DNA from: Verrucomicrobiaceae bacterium
GTDB taxonomy: Bacteria; Verrucomicrobiota; Verrucomicrobiia; Verrucomicrobiales; Verrucomicrobiaceae
Direction: 5' to 3'
Length of the DNA stretch: 64,000 bases
NCBI GenBank assembly: GCA_947466075.1
Contig: CANIBP010000007.1
Location: 9,272-73,271, forward strand
Shown here: positions 1 through 7,382 of the stretch, one piece after another
How positions within the stretch are numbered: the first letter of the stretch is position 1
Layout: each line of letters begins with the position of its first letter
The notes under the pieces: model-generated
What the model saw: only the letters and a program-made list of their open reading frames with translations
Databases searched by the model: none
Told to the model about the DNA's origin: nothing
Made by a program: the position numbers and the translations under genes

Positions 1-386
1 GCATTCCACGTGGCAATGACGGCAGCCAAGGACAGCAGGGCAGCAACGGAAACGATGGCGGCCCGGGCCCGCCGTTCACGAACTTCATCGTCGATGGCGT
101 GAACATGCTGAACCCGACTGACCCCGCCTCGGTGCAGACGGTCTTCGATGGCAACGCCGTGCGAATGATCTTCAACCTGCCGCGTGGCTTTACCGGCAAC
201 GATGGTGGGCAAGGACCCCAAGGACCACCCTTTGCCAACGCCCTCGTGGATAGCGTGACGACTTTGAATCCTGGCGACAACGCGACGGTGCAGACCAGCT
301 TCGACGGCAGCAACGTGCGCTTTCAGTTTGGCATTCCCCGTGGACAGAACGGCAACGACGGCGGCAGTGGGCCGCAAGGTTCACCG
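1..386 (+). repeat. tandem 156-nt (52-codon) in-frame coding repeats inside the collagen-like gene
   Basis: Units 75-230 and 231-386 align codon for codon (FTNFIVDGVNMLNPTDPASVQTVFDGNAVRMIFNLPRGFTGNDGGQGPQGPP versus FANALVDSVTTLNPGDNATVQTSFDGSNVRFQFGIPRGQNGNDGGSGPQGSP). Positions 1-74 (IPRGNDGSQGQQGSNGNDGGPGPP) are the tail of a further upstream copy. Confidence 0.8.
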
Positions 387-446
387 GGTGAGGTGACCAA
401 CATGCAGCTCAAATCAATGGTACGAGCAACAACAGCAATGCCGTGA
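1..446 (+). CDS. collagen-like / tail-fibre-like repeat protein, 5'-truncated by the window edge, frame apparently disrupted near the 3' end
   Basis: The frame is open from the window edge; the track start at 99 is an internal GTG/Val. Gly-X-Y runs (GNDGGQGPQGPP, GNDGGSGPQGSPG) alternate with ~35-aa units of the form F.N..VD.V..LNP.D.A.VQT.FDG..VR..F..PRG. The stop is at 444-446, but a typical fibre C-terminal module continues in another frame to 544 (see findings). Confidence 0.6.
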   Translation, partial: IPRGNDGSQGQQGSNGNDGGPGPPFTNFIVDGVNMLNPTDPASVQTVFDGNAVRMIFNLPRGFTGNDGGQGPQGPPFANALVDSVTTLNPGDNATVQTSFDGSNVRFQFGIPRGQNGNDGGSGPQGSPGEVTNMQLKSMVRATTAMP

Positions 447-600
447 ACACGCTGGCCATGACCGTGAGAGACCCACCGGCCGTGGGCGAGATGCAGGCCA
501 TTGCCAGCAAGCTGGATGAACTGATCCTGGCATTAAGGCGGTAGGTTGTTCTTTTTGATTGCCGGGGCAATGCTGGCGGCCATACTCGCTGCACCCATGA

Positions 601-676
601 GGGGCTATAGCTCAGTTGGTAGAGCGCTTCGTTCGCAATGAAGAGGTCAGGGGTTCGAATCCCCTTAGCTCCACCA
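601..676 (+). tRNA. tRNA-Ala (anticodon CGC)
   Basis: The sequence GGGGCTATAGCTCAGTTGGTAGAGCGCTTCGTTCGCAATGAAGAGGTCAGGGGTTCGAATCCCCTTAGCTCCACCA folds as a cloverleaf. It has a 7-bp acceptor stem with the G3:U70 Ala identity pair, a GCTC/GAGC D stem, anticodon loop TTCGCAA, an AGGGG/CCCCT T stem with TTCGAAT loop, and an encoded CCA. Confidence 0.95.
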
Positions 677-696
677 CTTCCACTTGACCATCGACC

Positions 697-1113
697 ATGA
701 AACACCTGCTCTTCACCCTGCTTGCCTCCTGTCTCCTCCTGTCATGCGCCACCCGGGATCTGGAGCATTGTGCGCCGGGAACCAAGGGAATCATCGTGGC
801 TCAGGAAGTGCAATGCACCCATAAGGATGGCAAACTCACCTTGCCTGCGGGCTTGTACCAAGCGGAAGCGCAATCGGCGAAGGGCATTTACTACGTGGCT
901 CCTGAACGTCTGAAGACCACCGGGATCATCCGCGATGGCCATGAGCGCGGCGGACTCTTCATTGCCAACGAGGGCTGGCAATGGGCATGGATCGGCAATC
1001 CGGCTTTTGAAGTCGAGGAGAACAAAACCTCCATCCTCGGCAAACGCGGCATCATCATGCCGACGCATTTCAAGTTTGAGCCCTTTGTGCATTACACGAA
1101 GGCTAAGAAGTAA
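697..1113 (+). CDS. hypothetical lipoprotein
   Basis: The N-terminus MKHLLFTLLASCLLLSCATRD has a lipobox-like LLSC. No recognisable domain. The ATG lies only 20 nt after the tRNA. Confidence 0.6.
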   Translation: MKHLLFTLLASCLLLSCATRDLEHCAPGTKGIIVAQEVQCTHKDGKLTLPAGLYQAEAQSAKGIYYVAPERLKTTGIIRDGHERGGLFIANEGWQWAWIGNPAFEVEENKTSILGKRGIIMPTHFKFEPFVHYTKAKK

Positions 1114-1151
1114 CGCCAAGCTGGAATCAACAACCGGGAGTGAGTCGATAC

Positions 1152-1577
1152 TCAGGGACCGGTGGCGCGCTGAATGCGCGCTGGCACGTCGTTGATGCTA
1201 TAGCCAGCTTCACGCAAGGAATCCCACACTTTGACCAGAATGCCGAGCGCGGCAGTGGTATCGGCCTGGAGTTCGAGTTTCATACCGGGCTTGGCGTCCT
1301 TCAGCGAGGTAATGGCGATGGCGAGTTTGTCGAGTTCCACAGGCTTGCCATCGAGGAAGATTTTCTGCTCTTCATTGATGCTGATGGCGACACGTGATTC
1401 AGGTGCCTCGGAGGAACCACCGAGAGATTTGGACTCCGGCAGGGTGATCTTCACCTGCGTTTTCTCCTTTTTGAACGTCGTGGTGGCGATGAAGAAGATC
1501 AGCAAGATGACCATGATGTCGATGAGCGAGACGATGGGAATCGTCGGCACGGATCGGCGGCGGGGGCGCAGGTTCAT
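1152..1577 (-). CDS. exbD: biopolymer transport protein ExbD/TolR
   Basis: 141 aa. Basic N-terminus and a single TM with a conserved Asp (IPIVSLIDIMVILLIFFI). The periplasmic domain has an ExbD-like pattern. Lies downstream of exbB. Confidence 0.85.
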   Translation of the reverse strand: MNLRPRRRSVPTIPIVSLIDIMVILLIFFIATTTFKKEKTQVKITLPESKSLGGSSEAPESRVAISINEEQKIFLDGKPVELDKLAIAITSLKDAKPGMKLELQADTTAALGILVKVWDSLREAGYSINDVPARIQRATGP

Positions 1578-1595
1578 GGCAGCGTGCGTGAGGGT

Positions 1596-2312
1596 TCAGG
1601 CTTGCGAACGCTGCACCTCAAAGTGCTGGTAAAAATGCTGGATGGTCTCCTGCATGATGGACTCGACACGCACCGCTAGAGCATCGAGACGACGCACAAA
1701 GTAGGTATGCAGGAGCACGGAAGGCACAGCGACAAACAGGCCCGCGATGGTGCAGCGCAGCGCCACGCCGATCTCATGGGCGATGACGGCGGTGTCAGGG
1801 GAACCATCGCCACCTGTACCAAAAGCGGAGAACATACCAACGAGGCCGCTGGTGGTGCCAAGCAGGCCGAGCAATGGCGCGACGGTGACCATCACTTCCA
1901 GCAGCGGGATACCGGTTTCGAGGCGATGGATTTCCTCACGCGCCTTGATCTCGCAGGCGGCGTGGCATTCCTGCTTACTGGTGAAGGCCCCACTGATGGC
2001 CATGGCCCCGAGGCGTGAGAGCATGGAACCATCATGCTCCAAAAAGTCCTGCAAGGGCCGGATATCGCCCTTCACGGCATAGCTGGGGATAGAGCGAAGC
2101 TGACTGACGACTCCTTTGGGCATGATGACCTGCTCACGCAGTTGCAACCACGCCAGGATGGAGGCGGTGATAGCGGCAATGGAACACAGCACGATGAACG
2201 CCATGACAAACCCACCGGTGGCAAGGAAATCATACACGAGTTGGAAGCCGGTAGGCGCAGGCTTGTCTGCAACAGCAAGGAGGAGATTAGTAAATAAGGA
2301 CATTGTATTCAA
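1596..2312 (-). CDS. exbB: MotA/TolQ/ExbB proton-channel protein
   Basis: 238 aa. MotA_ExbB signature APLLGLLGTTSGLVGMF ... IGVALRCTIAGLFVAVPSVLLHTYF. Its 5' end overlaps the 3' end of the tonB-like gene. Confidence 0.85.
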   Translation of the reverse strand: MNTMSLFTNLLLAVADKPAPTGFQLVYDFLATGGFVMAFIVLCSIAAITASILAWLQLREQVIMPKGVVSQLRSIPSYAVKGDIRPLQDFLEHDGSMLSRLGAMAISGAFTSKQECHAACEIKAREEIHRLETGIPLLEVMVTVAPLLGLLGTTSGLVGMFSAFGTGGDGSPDTAVIAHEIGVALRCTIAGLFVAVPSVLLHTYFVRRLDALAVRVESIMQETIQHFYQHFEVQRSQA

Positions 2313-3525
2313 TTTTCAGGCGCTCTTGGTCATTCATGGGGAGCGAAGGGATGACATCGGCGGGAATGGGCGGGATTTCCGCATCACGAATCGCCTGGAG
2401 GGTGAATCCGGTGAGCACGGGGTTAGACTCCTTGTCGTTCACAATGCGGAGATCTTCCACCTTGCCTTTCTTGTTGACGAAAAAAGTGATCTTGAGGCTG
2501 CCATAGGTGACGCCATCACGGCGCAAAGTGCGGTAGATGTGCCACTTCTTTTCCACCTGACCGGTGACCTGACGAATGTAGCGACCTTTGGGCGTCTCCT
2601 CTGCATCGACGGAGTTTTCAGTGCCACGGTTGGAGATGGTTCCTTTCGTCTGGGACGTGCGGGTGAATGGAGTGAAGGCGTCGGCATCCGGATTGCGCGT
2701 CGAGCGCGTGACTGGCTCATCATCTACCACCGGTAGCGCCTTTGGAATCGGCTGCTGCTGGGGTGATTCTGGCATGGCCTGCGCGATTTCACGGGCCGGC
2801 GGCGTCTGCGGTTCTGGCTTCTGTGGCGTCGGTGGCGTATCAGGCACCGCTTCGGCTTTTTTTACCTCAATGGAGAGACGGTTTTTGTCCACGCTGGCCA
2901 AAGCTTTGTCCGCCTCCTCCATCATCTTTGTCAGTGGCGTCGATTCTGGCACCGTCTTGGCAACGGTTTGTGGCGGGGTGACCGGCTGCGGCGGTGGTGC
3001 GGCATCCTTGGGCTTGACGATAGAGGGCGGACTCGGTGGTGAAGGCGGCTGGGGTTGCAGCATGGCCGGCGTTGCCTTGGGCGACTTTGGCCGCGCATCA
3101 TCTTTCAATTCGCCGTCGCGAAAGTCGCGGTCGGCGAGTTCCAGCATGGGGATTTTGATGCCGTCAGTCGTGGGCATCGGCTCCGTGCCGTCGGGAAACG
3201 GCGCTTTGACTGACGCGGCTTTCGTGTTGCGGTCAGCGATGAAAGCGGCGTTTTTGGGCGCAGTTTCAGCACGCTCATTCTGCGCCGTGCGAATGTAGAT
3301 CTCGGATTTTTTCGGCGGGGGCGGCAACAGCGGCGGTTCAGGAATAATCTGGTCGGGGAACAGCAGCACGACTTCCTTTTCCTTCGGCACCGCCGTAGCC
3401 TGCTGCCACAACCGCCGTGCGGCCTCACCAGCAAACATCCACGCCAGAATCAAAAAAAGCACCGCATGCAACACCAGAGAGCCGGTGATGGCGATGCGAA
3501 GGTTATTGTCTCGATGAGCGGTCAC
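2287..3525 (-). CDS. TonB-like energy transducer (GTG start)
   Basis: An N-terminal TM (LRIAITGSLVLHAVLFLILAWMF), a long Pro-rich spacer (PPPPKK, PQPPSPPSPPS, PPPQPVTPPQ) and a C-terminal TonB_C-like block (GSLKITFFVNKKGKVEDLRIV). First gene of the tonB-exbB-exbD operon. The codon at 3523-3525 is cac on the plus strand, so the start is GTG. Confidence 0.7.
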   Translation of the reverse strand: MTAHRDNNLRIAITGSLVLHAVLFLILAWMFAGEAARRLWQQATAVPKEKEVVLLFPDQIIPEPPLLPPPPKKSEIYIRTAQNERAETAPKNAAFIADRNTKAASVKAPFPDGTEPMPTTDGIKIPMLELADRDFRDGELKDDARPKSPKATPAMLQPQPPSPPSPPSIVKPKDAAPPPQPVTPPQTVAKTVPESTPLTKMMEEADKALASVDKNRLSIEVKKAEAVPDTPPTPQKPEPQTPPAREIAQAMPESPQQQPIPKALPVVDDEPVTRSTRNPDADAFTPFTRTSQTKGTISNRGTENSVDAEETPKGRYIRQVTGQVEKKWHIYRTLRRDGVTYGSLKITFFVNKKGKVEDLRIVNDKESNPVLTGFTLQAIRDAEIPPIPADVIPSLPMNDQERLKIEYNVLIY

Positions 3526-3542
3526 TTTGCGGCTTATAGTGC

Positions 3543-3573
3543 TTCCACGCCGCGTGGAATCAACGAGGATTCC
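3543..3573 (-). promoter_or_regulatory. two overlapping perfect inverted repeats between the hppA stop and the tonB-like start
   Basis: ttccacgc-c-gcgtggaa (3543-3559) and ggaatc-aacgag-gattcc (3556-3573) share the ggaa bases. No U-tract follows. This could be a terminator-like structure or an operator; the function cannot be decided from sequence. Confidence 0.25.
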
Positions 3574-3576
3574 GGC

Positions 3577-5637
3577 TCACTTTACGGCGGCTTTAAACAT
3601 GATCGGGATGATGAGGATGGCGAGGATGTTCACCACTTTGATCATCGGGTTCACGGCAGGACCGGCGGTGTCTTTGTAAGGATCGCCCACGGTATCGCCC
3701 GTGACGGCAGCCTGATGCGCAAAGCTGCCTTTGCCACCATGGTTGCCTTCCTCGATGTATTTCTTCGCGTTGTCCCAAGCACCACCAGCGCTGGTCATGG
3801 AGATGCCGATGAACAAACCGGTGACAATGGTGCCGATGAGGACGCCGCCAAGCGCCTCCATGCCGACATAGGCCATGCCGATCACGAAGACCAGTGGCAG
3901 CAGCGCGGGAAGAATCATCTGCTTCAACGCAGCACTGGTGACGATGCCGACGCACTGGGCATAATCAGGAATGTCCGTGCCATTGAGAATGCCGGGCTTG
4001 GCGGTGATCTGGCGGCGCACTTCGCGCACGACGGCACCGGCGGCGTTGCCCACGGCGCTCATGCAATAGGAGGTGAACAGGAACGGCAGCAGGCCGCCGA
4101 TGAACATGCCGATCACGACGCGGTGATCCATCAGGTCAAAGCTCACCTTGTGGCCGACGAAGGCTTGCAAATCCTCAACATAGCTGCCGAACAGCACCAT
4201 CGCGGCCAGACCAGCGCTGGCGATGGCGTAGCCCTTCGTTACCGCCTTCATGGTGTTGCCCACGGCATCGAGTTCATCGGTGATCTTGCGCACACTTTCA
4301 GGCAGTCCGGACATGACGGCGATGCCGCCCGCGTTGTCGGTGATCGGGCCAAACGCGTCGAGCGAGATGATGATGCCGGAGAGGCTGAGCATCGAAACGA
4401 CGGCAATAGCGATGCCATACAGACCTGCCAGATCGAAGCAGCCCCAGATCGAGGCGGCGATGGCCAGCACTGGCAGCAGCGTGGCCTGATTGCCAATGCT
4501 GATACCGGCGATGATGTTGGTGGCGTGGCCGGTTTCGGAGGCCTTCGCGATCAGGCGCACCGGCTTGTGGTGCGTGCTGGTGTAGTAGTTCGTGATCCAC
4601 ACAACGACCAGTGTCATGACGAGGCCGATGGCGGCGCAGTAGAAAATGTTCACGCTGGGAACATCGAGACCGCCGATCTTCAGCGCAGCACCAAAGATCG
4701 AAGAGGTGGCCCACCAGAACAACGCTGAGGCGATGATGCCGGAAACTGCCACACCGCACACGAGCGCCGCAGTCGCCTCCTGCTTCACAAAGTTTACCCA
4801 ACCGATGCCGATGAGCGAAGCGATGATGGCAAGCCCGCAGAGCACGAACGGATAAATCACCGCCGCTTCCGTGCCCACCGTGAGATGTCCCACGAGCACT
4901 CCGCCGATCAAGCTCACCGCATACGTTTCAAAAACGTCCGCTGCCATGCCTGCGCAGTCGCCGACGTTGTCGCCGACGTTGTCGGCGATGGTCGCCGGAT
5001 TACGAGGGTCGTCTTCATTGAGGTTTTGCTCGATCTTGCCAACGAGGTCAGCACCCACGTCCGCCGCCTTCGTGTAAATGCCGCCGCCAAGCCGGGCGAA
5101 CACGCTGATGAGCGAACTGCCCAGCGCCAGACCAACAAGCGAGTCGATGGCATGCTTCGCGTGATCCGCAGCGCCTTTGACGAACAAATAGAACACGCCA
5201 ACGGAAAGCAAACCGAGCGCCACCACGAGCAGACCCGTCACCGCACCGCCATTAAACGCCACTTTCAATGCCGAGTGGCTGCTGACCGATGCCGCCTGCG
5301 CCGTGCGCACATTGGCACGCACCGCAACCATCATGCCGATGTAACCAGCAGCTAGGGAGCACACCGCACCCACCACGAATCCCGCCGCTGTGAGTCCATC
5401 ACGCAGATACCAGACGGCCGCAAAGATGACGACAGCAATGGCACTGACGGCCATGACCTGTTTGTTCATATAAGCCTTCGCTCCCAATTGGATCGCGTTG
5501 GCGATGGCAGCCATCTTTTCATTGCCAGCATCTGCACCGACGACTTTGCGGATCAGAATCAGGGCAAACACCAAGCCCACAATAGACAGGGCGATGGCGA
5601 GAGCGATTCCGTTATGGAGCAGAAAGGATGGAGGCAT
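3577..5637 (-). CDS. hppA: membrane-bound proton-translocating pyrophosphatase (K+-independent type)
   Basis: Diagnostic blocks [36 protein letters not shown] and [16 protein letters not shown]. The Lys in GNT(T/M)K marks the K+-independent class. The start is placed at the second Met ([10 protein letters not shown]...); the track's 5709 start adds 24 unlikely residues. Confidence 0.93.
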   Translation of the reverse strand: MPPSFLLHNGIALAIALSIVGLVFALILIRKVVGADAGNEKMAAIANAIQLGAKAYMNKQVMAVSAIAVVIFAAVWYLRDGLTAAGFVVGAVCSLAAGYIGMMVAVRANVRTAQAASVSSHSALKVAFNGGAVTGLLVVALGLLSVGVFYLFVKGAADHAKHAIDSLVGLALGSSLISVFARLGGGIYTKAADVGADLVGKIEQNLNEDDPRNPATIADNVGDNVGDCAGMAADVFETYAVSLIGGVLVGHLTVGTEAAVIYPFVLCGLAIIASLIGIGWVNFVKQEATAALVCGVAVSGIIASALFWWATSSIFGAALKIGGLDVPSVNIFYCAAIGLVMTLVVVWITNYYTSTHHKPVRLIAKASETGHATNIIAGISIGNQATLLPVLAIAASIWGCFDLAGLYGIAIAVVSMLSLSGIIISLDAFGPITDNAGGIAVMSGLPESVRKITDELDAVGNTMKAVTKGYAIASAGLAAMVLFGSYVEDLQAFVGHKVSFDLMDHRVVIGMFIGGLLPFLFTSYCMSAVGNAAGAVVREVRRQITAKPGILNGTDIPDYAQCVGIVTSAALKQMILPALLPLVFVIGMAYVGMEALGGVLIGTIVTGLFIGISMTSAGGAWDNAKKYIEEGNHGGKGSFAHQAAVTGDTVGDPYKDTAGPAVNPMIKVVNILAILIIPIMFKAAVK

Positions 5638-5798
5638 GTGGGGATGATGTCGGGGTTGGTCCGGGGCGGGTAAAGCCGCGAACTTTATCGAGTCGAAAAA
5701 CAGAGGCAAGAACTTGCTCCGCTTTTGTGCGGCGCTCCCTTACGGACTCAAAAGGTAAAGCCTTGCAGTCTTTGGTCGAATGCAGCACCTCCTGCGTC

Positions 5799-7283
5799 AT
5801 GCACCGCCGTCGCCTGCTCCAATCCGCCGCCCTGGCCCTTTGTCCGGCTGCTTGTGAGCAAAAAAACCGATCTCCCCTGCCCTTCGTGACACTCGCAGAT
5901 CTCACAACCATGCTTGAGACGAAGCAAACAACGCCACTGCTGCTCGTGGAGCATTTTCTGAATCGCATCGCACAAATCGACCGCTCGGGGCCACGCATGA
6001 ACTCAATCATCGAGCTGAACCCCGACGCCCGCGCCATCGCCACCACCTGCAAGCCCGGCCTGCTGCACGGTTTGCCCATTTTGATCAAGGACAACATCGA
6101 AACCGCCGATGCCATGCAGACCACCGCCGGTTCGCTGGCTTTGCGTGATCACAAACCGAGGCGCGACGCAGCACTCGTGACTCGATTACGTGATGCCGGA
6201 GCCGTCATTCTCGGCAAAACGAATCTCAGCGAGTGGGCGAACATCCGCTCGCCCAATTCCACGAGTGGCTGGAGCGCACGCGGCGGTCTCACGCGCAATC
6301 CACACAAGCTCACGCATAGCGCCAGCGGCTCCAGTTCGGGATCTGCTGCCGCAGTGGCCGCCGGACTGGCACCGGCAGCGATTGGCACGGAAACGAACGG
6401 CTCCATCGTCAGTCCGGCCAGCGCCTGCGGCATCGTGGGTTTCAAACCAACCGTCGGTCTCATCAGCGGCACTGGCATCATTCCGATTACTCATCATCAA
6501 GACACTGCCGGACCGATGACGCTGACAGTGCGTGACGCCGCACTGCTCATGCAGGTGCTCGCTGATCATTTCACCATTGAACTGAAAGCCGATGCTCTCA
6601 AGGGGGCGCGACTCGGCGTGCTGCGTGAGCAATCCGGCAAGCATCCGCAAGTTCTCGCGCTGTTTGAAGCCACACTGCAAAAACTGCGCGATGCCGGAGC
6701 CATCATCGTCGATTCTGTCGAGCTACCGAATGCCCAGGAAGCTGGCACTTTAGCATGGAAGGCCATGCTCATTGAGTTGCGAACCGATATGAATGCATAC
6801 CTCGATCAACGCGGTGGAGATGTACATTCTCTAGCCGAACTGATTGCCTTCAACGAACAGCATCGCGACGCCGAAATGCCGCACTTCGGCCAGGAATTCT
6901 TCGTGCAAGCTGAAAAGCTCGGCACGCTGGAAATCATCGCCGCAGGCCAGAAAGCGCGAGAGCTAGCCAAACAACTCGCCGGGACTGAAGGCATCGACGC
7001 CGCTCTCAAAGCGCACAACCTTGATGCCTTGATCTGCCCCACGAATGATCCCGCTGGCATGATCGACTTGAAAAAGGGCGATGAAGACGTGCGAGTGGCC
7101 AGCACGCCAGCCGCAGTGGCCGGCTATCCGCATCTGACCGTGCCCATGGGCTTCGTGGAGAGCTTACCGGTCGGTTTTTCCATCATCGGTGCCGCCAATG
7201 ATGATGCTCACATCCTCGCGCTCGGTCACGCCTTCGAGCAAATCACACAGGCACGACGCTCACCAACCTTCGTTGTCGAATAA
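5799..7283 (+). CDS. amidase-signature family amidase, probable Tat/Sec-exported
   Basis: AS signature SASGSSSGSAAAVAAGL, with GTETNGSI and KPTVGLISG blocks. The start is placed at MHRRRLLQSAALAL (signal-like). The track ORF start at 5628 overlaps hppA. Confidence 0.85.
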   Translation: MHRRRLLQSAALALCPAACEQKNRSPLPFVTLADLTTMLETKQTTPLLLVEHFLNRIAQIDRSGPRMNSIIELNPDARAIATTCKPGLLHGLPILIKDNIETADAMQTTAGSLALRDHKPRRDAALVTRLRDAGAVILGKTNLSEWANIRSPNSTSGWSARGGLTRNPHKLTHSASGSSSGSAAAVAAGLAPAAIGTETNGSIVSPASACGIVGFKPTVGLISGTGIIPITHHQDTAGPMTLTVRDAALLMQVLADHFTIELKADALKGARLGVLREQSGKHPQVLALFEATLQKLRDAGAIIVDSVELPNAQEAGTLAWKAMLIELRTDMNAYLDQRGGDVHSLAELIAFNEQHRDAEMPHFGQEFFVQAEKLGTLEIIAAGQKARELAKQLAGTEGIDAALKAHNLDALICPTNDPAGMIDLKKGDEDVRVASTPAAVAGYPHLTVPMGFVESLPVGFSIIGAANDDAHILALGHAFEQITQARRSPTFVVE

Positions 7284-7382
7284 GACTCATCTTTTGCCAA
7301 TATCAGAGAGATGTGATTTGCAAAAAGCCGCGATGAACGCCCGTAACACTTTCATACCACCCCAAAGCACTTTCATACCACC

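Noticed and set aside
409-705. 98-aa and 60-aa minus-strand ORFs overlapping the tRNA region
   Set aside because: They run through tRNA-Ala (601-676) on the opposite strand. The tRNA cloverleaf is far better supported.
2700-3300. A proline-rich, repeat-like stretch that might be read as a collagen-like or tandem-repeat feature
   Set aside because: It is the usual Pro-rich periplasmic spacer of a TonB-like protein (PxP/PPxP runs without Gly-X-Y periodicity). It sits inside a well-supported tonB-exbB-exbD operon.
3466-4728. A 420-aa plus-strand ORF. Similar long antisense ORFs occur at 48580-49854 (-), 60302-61618 (+), 30437-31501 (-), 42044-42985 (-) and 8580-9482 (-)
   Set aside because: Each is antisense to a gene with unmistakable family motifs (hppA, DUF1552, ribBA, DUF2341/SASA, sulfatase, PSCyt). 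Their translations are low-complexity (Asp/Gly/His/Ala/Arg-rich) and lack any recognisable domain.
5628-5798. N-terminal extensions offered by the ORF track (amidase from 5628, the 33752 start of the double-SASA gene, the 20605 start of the FAD enzyme, the 18501, 25956, 43053 and 55449 starts, and others)
   Set aside because: The extensions overlap upstream genes or divergent neighbours. They translate to improbable Arg/Ser/Thr-rich peptides. They precede an internal ATG followed by a clear signal peptide or Rossmann motif. Some track starts are GTG or TTG (e.g. 12773, 18501, 3525).
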